From the UHGV virus genome UHGV-1848636: a stretch of 14,337 bases of DNA; one strand, given 5' to 3'. Shown piece by piece: positions 11,047-14,337 of the stretch. The notes under the pieces were generated by a model. It was given only the letters and a program-made list of their open reading frames with translations. It was not told the DNA's origin and did no database searches. Numbering within the stretch: position 1 is the stretch's first letter; each line of letters begins with the position of its first letter. Both the position numbers and the translations under genes were made by a program. The DNA comes from a virus.

Positions 11047-13600
11047 ACCGGTAGGCGATCTGGTCGTTGATTTGAGTCTGGATGAGGCCAGATTTGACGA
11101 GCAGATGGCCAGAGTCAGGCGTCATTTTTCCGGTACGGAAAGTGATGCGAAAAAAACAGCGGCAGTCGTTGAACAGTCAATGAACCGGCAGGCGCTGGCT
11201 GCACAGAAAGCGGGGATTTCCGTCGGACAGTATAAAGCCGCCATGCGTATGCTTCCTGCACAGTTCACCGACGTGGCCACGCAGCTTGCAGGCGGGCAAA
11301 GTCCGTGGCTGATCCTGCTGCAACAGGGGGGGCAGGTTAAGGACTCCTTCGGCGGGATGATCCCCATGTTCAGGGGGCTTGCCGGTGCGATCACCCTGCC
11401 GATGGTCGGGGCCACCTCGCTAGCGGTGGCGACCGGTGCGCTGGCGTATGCCTGGTATCAGGGCAACTCAACCCTGTCCGATTTCAACAAAACGCTGGTC
11501 CTTTCCGGCAATCAGTCGGGTCTGACGGCAGATCGCATGCTGGTCCTGTCCAGAGCCGGGCAGGCGGCAGGGCTGACGTTTAACCAGACCAGCGAGTCAC
11601 TCAGCGCACTGGTTAAGGCGGGAGTAAGCGGTGAGGCTCAGATTGCATCCATCAGCCAGAGTGTGGCGCGTTTCTCCTCTGCATCCGGCGTGGAGGTGGA
11701 CAAGGTCGCTGAAGCCTTCGGGAAGCTGACCACAGACCCGACGTCAGGGCTGACAGCGATGGCACGCCAGTTCCATAACGTGACGGCGGAGCAGATTGCG
11801 TATGTTGCTCAGTTGCAGCGTTCCGGCGATGAAGCCGGGGCATTGCAGGCGGCGAACGAGGCCGCGACGAAAGGGTTTGATGACCAGACCCGCCGCCTGA
11901 AAGAGAACATGGGTACGCTGGAGACCTGGGCAGACAGGACAGTGCGGGCATTCAAATCCATGTGGGATGCGGTGCTGGATATTGGTCGTCCTGATACCGC
12001 GCAGGAGATGCTGATTAAGGCAGAGGCTGCGTTTAAGAAAGCGGACGACATCTGGAGTCTGCGCAAGGATGATTATTTTGTTAACGATGAAGCGCGGGCG
12101 CGTTACTGGGATGATCGTGAAAAGGCCCGTCTTGCGCTTGAAGCCGCGAGAAAGAAGGCTGAACAGCAGAGTCAACAGGACAAAAATGCGCAGCAGCAGA
12201 GCGATACTGAAGCGTCACGGCTGAAATATACCGAAGAGGCGCAGAAGGCTTACGAACGGCTGCAGACGCCGCTGGAGAAATATACCGCCCGTCAGGAAGA
12301 ACTGAACAAGGCACTGAAGGACGGGAAAATTCTGCAGGCAGATTACAACACGCTGATGGCGGCGGCGAAAAAGGACTATGAAGCGACGCTGAAAAAGCCG
12401 AAACAGTCCGGCGTGAAGGTGTCTGCGGGCGATCGTCAGGAAGACAGTGCTCATGCTGCCCTGCTGACGCTTCAGGCTGAACTCCGGACGCTGGAGAAGC
12501 ATGCCGGAGCAAATGAGAAAATCAGCCAGCAGCGCCGGGATTTGTGGAAGGCGGAAAATCAGTTCGCGGTACTGGAGGAGGCGGCACAACGTCGCCAGCT
12601 ATCCGCACAGGAGAAATCCCTGCTGGCGCATAAAGATGAGACGCTGGAGTACAAACGCCAGCTGGCTGCACTTGGCGATAAGGTCACGTATCAGGAGCAC
12701 CTGAACGCGCTGGCGCAGCAGGCGGATAAATTCGCACAGCAGCAACGGGCAAAACGGGCCGCCATTGAGGCGAAAAACCGGGGGCTGACTGACCGGCAGG
12801 CAGCGCGGGAAGCCACGGAACAGCGTCTGAAGGAACAGTATGGCGATAATCCGCTGGCGCTGAATAACGTCATGTCAGAGCAGAAAAAGACCTGGGCGGC
12901 TGAAGACCAGCTTCGCGGGAGCTGGATGGCAGGCCTCAAGTCCGGCTGGAGTGAGTGGGAAGAGAGCGCCACGGACAGTATGTCGCAGGTTAAAAGTGCA
13001 GCCACGCAGACCTTTGATGGTATTGCACAGAATATGGCGGCGATGCTGACCGGCAGTGAACAGAACTGGCGCAGCTTCACCCGCTCCGTGCTGTCCATGA
13101 TGACAGAAATTCTGCTTAAGCAGGCAATGGTGGGGATTGTCGGGAGTATCGGCAGCGCCATTGGCGGTGCTACCGGTGGCGGCGCATCAGCGTCAGGCGG
13201 TACAGCCATTCAGGCAGCTGCGGCGAAATTCCATTTTGCGACCGGAGGATTTACGGGAACCGGCGGCAAATATGAGCCAGCGGGGATTGTTCACCGTGGT
13301 GAGTTTGTCTTCACGAAGGAGGCAACCAGCCGGATTGGCGTGGGGAATCTCTACCGGCTGATGCGCGGCTATGCCACCGGTGGTTATGTCGGTACACCGG
13401 GCAGTCTGGCTGACAGCCGGTCGCAGGCGTCCGGGACGTTTGAGCAGAATAACCATGTGGTGATTAACAACGACGGCACGAACGGGCAGATAGGTCCGGC
13501 TGCTCTGAAGGCGGTGTATGACATGGCCCGCAAGGGTGCCCGTGATGAAATTCAGACACAGATGCGTGATGGTGGCCTGTTCTCCGGAGGTGGACGATGA
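11039..13600 (+). CDS. H: Tail tape measure protein gpH, 853 aa
   Basis: 853-aa ORF, the lambda gpH length, preceded by AGGAGG (11026-11031) and overlapping the T end by 8 nt. It has a charged, Ala/Gln/Lys-rich central region and a Gly-rich C-terminal segment (GSIGSAIGGATGGGASASGG...). Confidence 0.95.
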   Translation: MAEPVGDLVVDLSLDEARFDEQMARVRRHFSGTESDAKKTAAVVEQSMNRQALAAQKAGISVGQYKAAMRMLPAQFTDVATQLAGGQSPWLILLQQGGQVKDSFGGMIPMFRGLAGAITLPMVGATSLAVATGALAYAWYQGNSTLSDFNKTLVLSGNQSGLTADRMLVLSRAGQAAGLTFNQTSESLSALVKAGVSGEAQIASISQSVARFSSASGVEVDKVAEAFGKLTTDPTSGLTAMARQFHNVTAEQIAYVAQLQRSGDEAGALQAANEAATKGFDDQTRRLKENMGTLETWADRTVRAFKSMWDAVLDIGRPDTAQEMLIKAEAAFKKADDIWSLRKDDYFVNDEARARYWDDREKARLALEAARKKAEQQSQQDKNAQQQSDTEASRLKYTEEAQKAYERLQTPLEKYTARQEELNKALKDGKILQADYNTLMAAAKKDYEATLKKPKQSGVKVSAGDRQEDSAHAALLTLQAELRTLEKHAGANEKISQQRRDLWKAENQFAVLEEAAQRRQLSAQEKSLLAHKDETLEYKRQLAALGDKVTYQEHLNALAQQADKFAQQQRAKRAAIEAKNRGLTDRQAAREATEQRLKEQYGDNPLALNNVMSEQKKTWAAEDQLRGSWMAGLKSGWSEWEESATDSMSQVKSAATQTFDGIAQNMAAMLTGSEQNWRSFTRSVLSMMTEILLKQAMVGIVGSIGSAIGGATGGGASASGGTAIQAAAAKFHFATGGFTGTGGKYEPAGIVHRGEFVFTKEATSRIGVGNLYRLMRGYATGGYVGTPGSLADSRSQASGTFEQNNHVVINNDGTNGQIGPAALKAVYDMARKGARDEIQTQMRDGGLFSGGGR

Positions 13601-13926
13601 AAACCTTCCGCTGGAAAGTGAAACCCGGTATGGATGTGGCTTCGGCCCCTTCTGTAAGAAAGGTGCGCTTTGGTGATGGCTGTTCCCAGCGAGCGCCTGC
13701 CGGGCTGAATGCCAACCTGAAAACGTACAGCGTGACGCTTTCTGTCCCCCGTGAGGAGGCCACGGTACTGGAGTCGTTTCTGGAAGAGCACGGTGGCTGG
13801 AAATCCTTTCTGTGGACGCCGCCTTATGAGTGGCGGCAGATAAAGGTGACCTGCGCAAAATGGTCGTCGCGGGTCAGTATGCTGCGTGTTGAGTTCAGCG
13901 CAGAGTTTGAACAGGTGGTGAACTGA
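13597..13926 (+). CDS. M: Minor tail protein gpM, 109 aa
   Basis: 109-aa ORF MKTFRWKVKPGMDVASAPSVRKVRFGDGCSQRAP... matches lambda gpM. Its ATG overlaps the H stop (ATGA). Confidence 0.92.
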   Translation: MKTFRWKVKPGMDVASAPSVRKVRFGDGCSQRAPAGLNANLKTYSVTLSVPREEATVLESFLEEHGGWKSFLWTPPYEWRQIKVTCAKWSSRVSMLRVEFSAEFEQVVN

Positions 13927-14337
13927 TGCAGGATATCCGGCAGGAAACACTGAATGAATGCACCCGTGTGGAGCAGTCGGCCAGCGTGGTGCTCTGGGAA
14001 ATCGATCTGACAGAGGTCGGTGGAGAACGTTATTTTTTCTGTAATGAGCAGAACGAAAAAGGTGAGCCGGTCACCTGGCAGGGGCGACAGTATCAGCCGT
14101 ATCCCATTCAGGGGAGTGGTTTTGAACTGAATGGCAAAGGCACCAGTACGCGCCCCACGCTGACGGTTTCTAACCTGTACGGTATGGTCACCGGGATGGC
14201 GGAAGATCTGCAGAGTCTGGTCGGCGGAACGGTGGTCCGGCGTAAGGTTTACGCCCGTTTTCTGGATGCGGTGAACTTCGTCAACGGAAACAGCGACGCC
14301 GATCCGGAGCAGGAGGTGATCAGCCGCTGGCGCATCG
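13926..14337 (+). CDS. L: Minor tail protein gpL, 5' partial (runs off the window end)
   Basis: ATG at 13926 overlaps the M stop (TGATG). The reading frame is open to the window end and the translation MQDIRQETLNECTRVEQSASVVLWEIDLTEVGGERYFFCNEQNEKGEP... matches the lambda gpL N-terminus. Confidence 0.9.
   Translation, partial: MQDIRQETLNECTRVEQSASVVLWEIDLTEVGGERYFFCNEQNEKGEPVTWQGRQYQPYPIQGSGFELNGKGTSTRPTLTVSNLYGMVTGMAEDLQSLVGGTVVRRKVYARFLDAVNFVNGNSDADPEQEVISRWRI

Overview
This window is the cos site and left-arm morphogenesis module of a lambda-like (lambdoid) phage or prophage, in canonical lambda order on the + strand: cosQ/cosN/cosB, then Nu1, A, W, B, C (with nested Nu3), D, E, FI, FII, Z, U, V, G, G-T frameshift fusion, H, M and the 5' part of L. 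Gene calls rest on ORF length, order, overlap pattern and my recollection of the lambda proteins; no database search was run. Genes are tightly packed and often translationally coupled, with no tRNA, CRISPR, IS element or inserted cargo gene visible. I do not see a novel multi-gene system here and consider the region a conventional virion-assembly module. The most noteworthy feature is that the cosB region and the N-terminal ~70 residues of Nu1 differ from lambda while everything downstream looks lambda-like; cosB carries three copies of a 9-bp motif, suggesting an altered packaging-specificity cassette. Positions 1-510 are non-coding at the >=60 aa level and resemble the lambda right end. Because cos is internal to the window, the sequence derives from a prophage or a circular/concatemeric form rather than a linear virion end.
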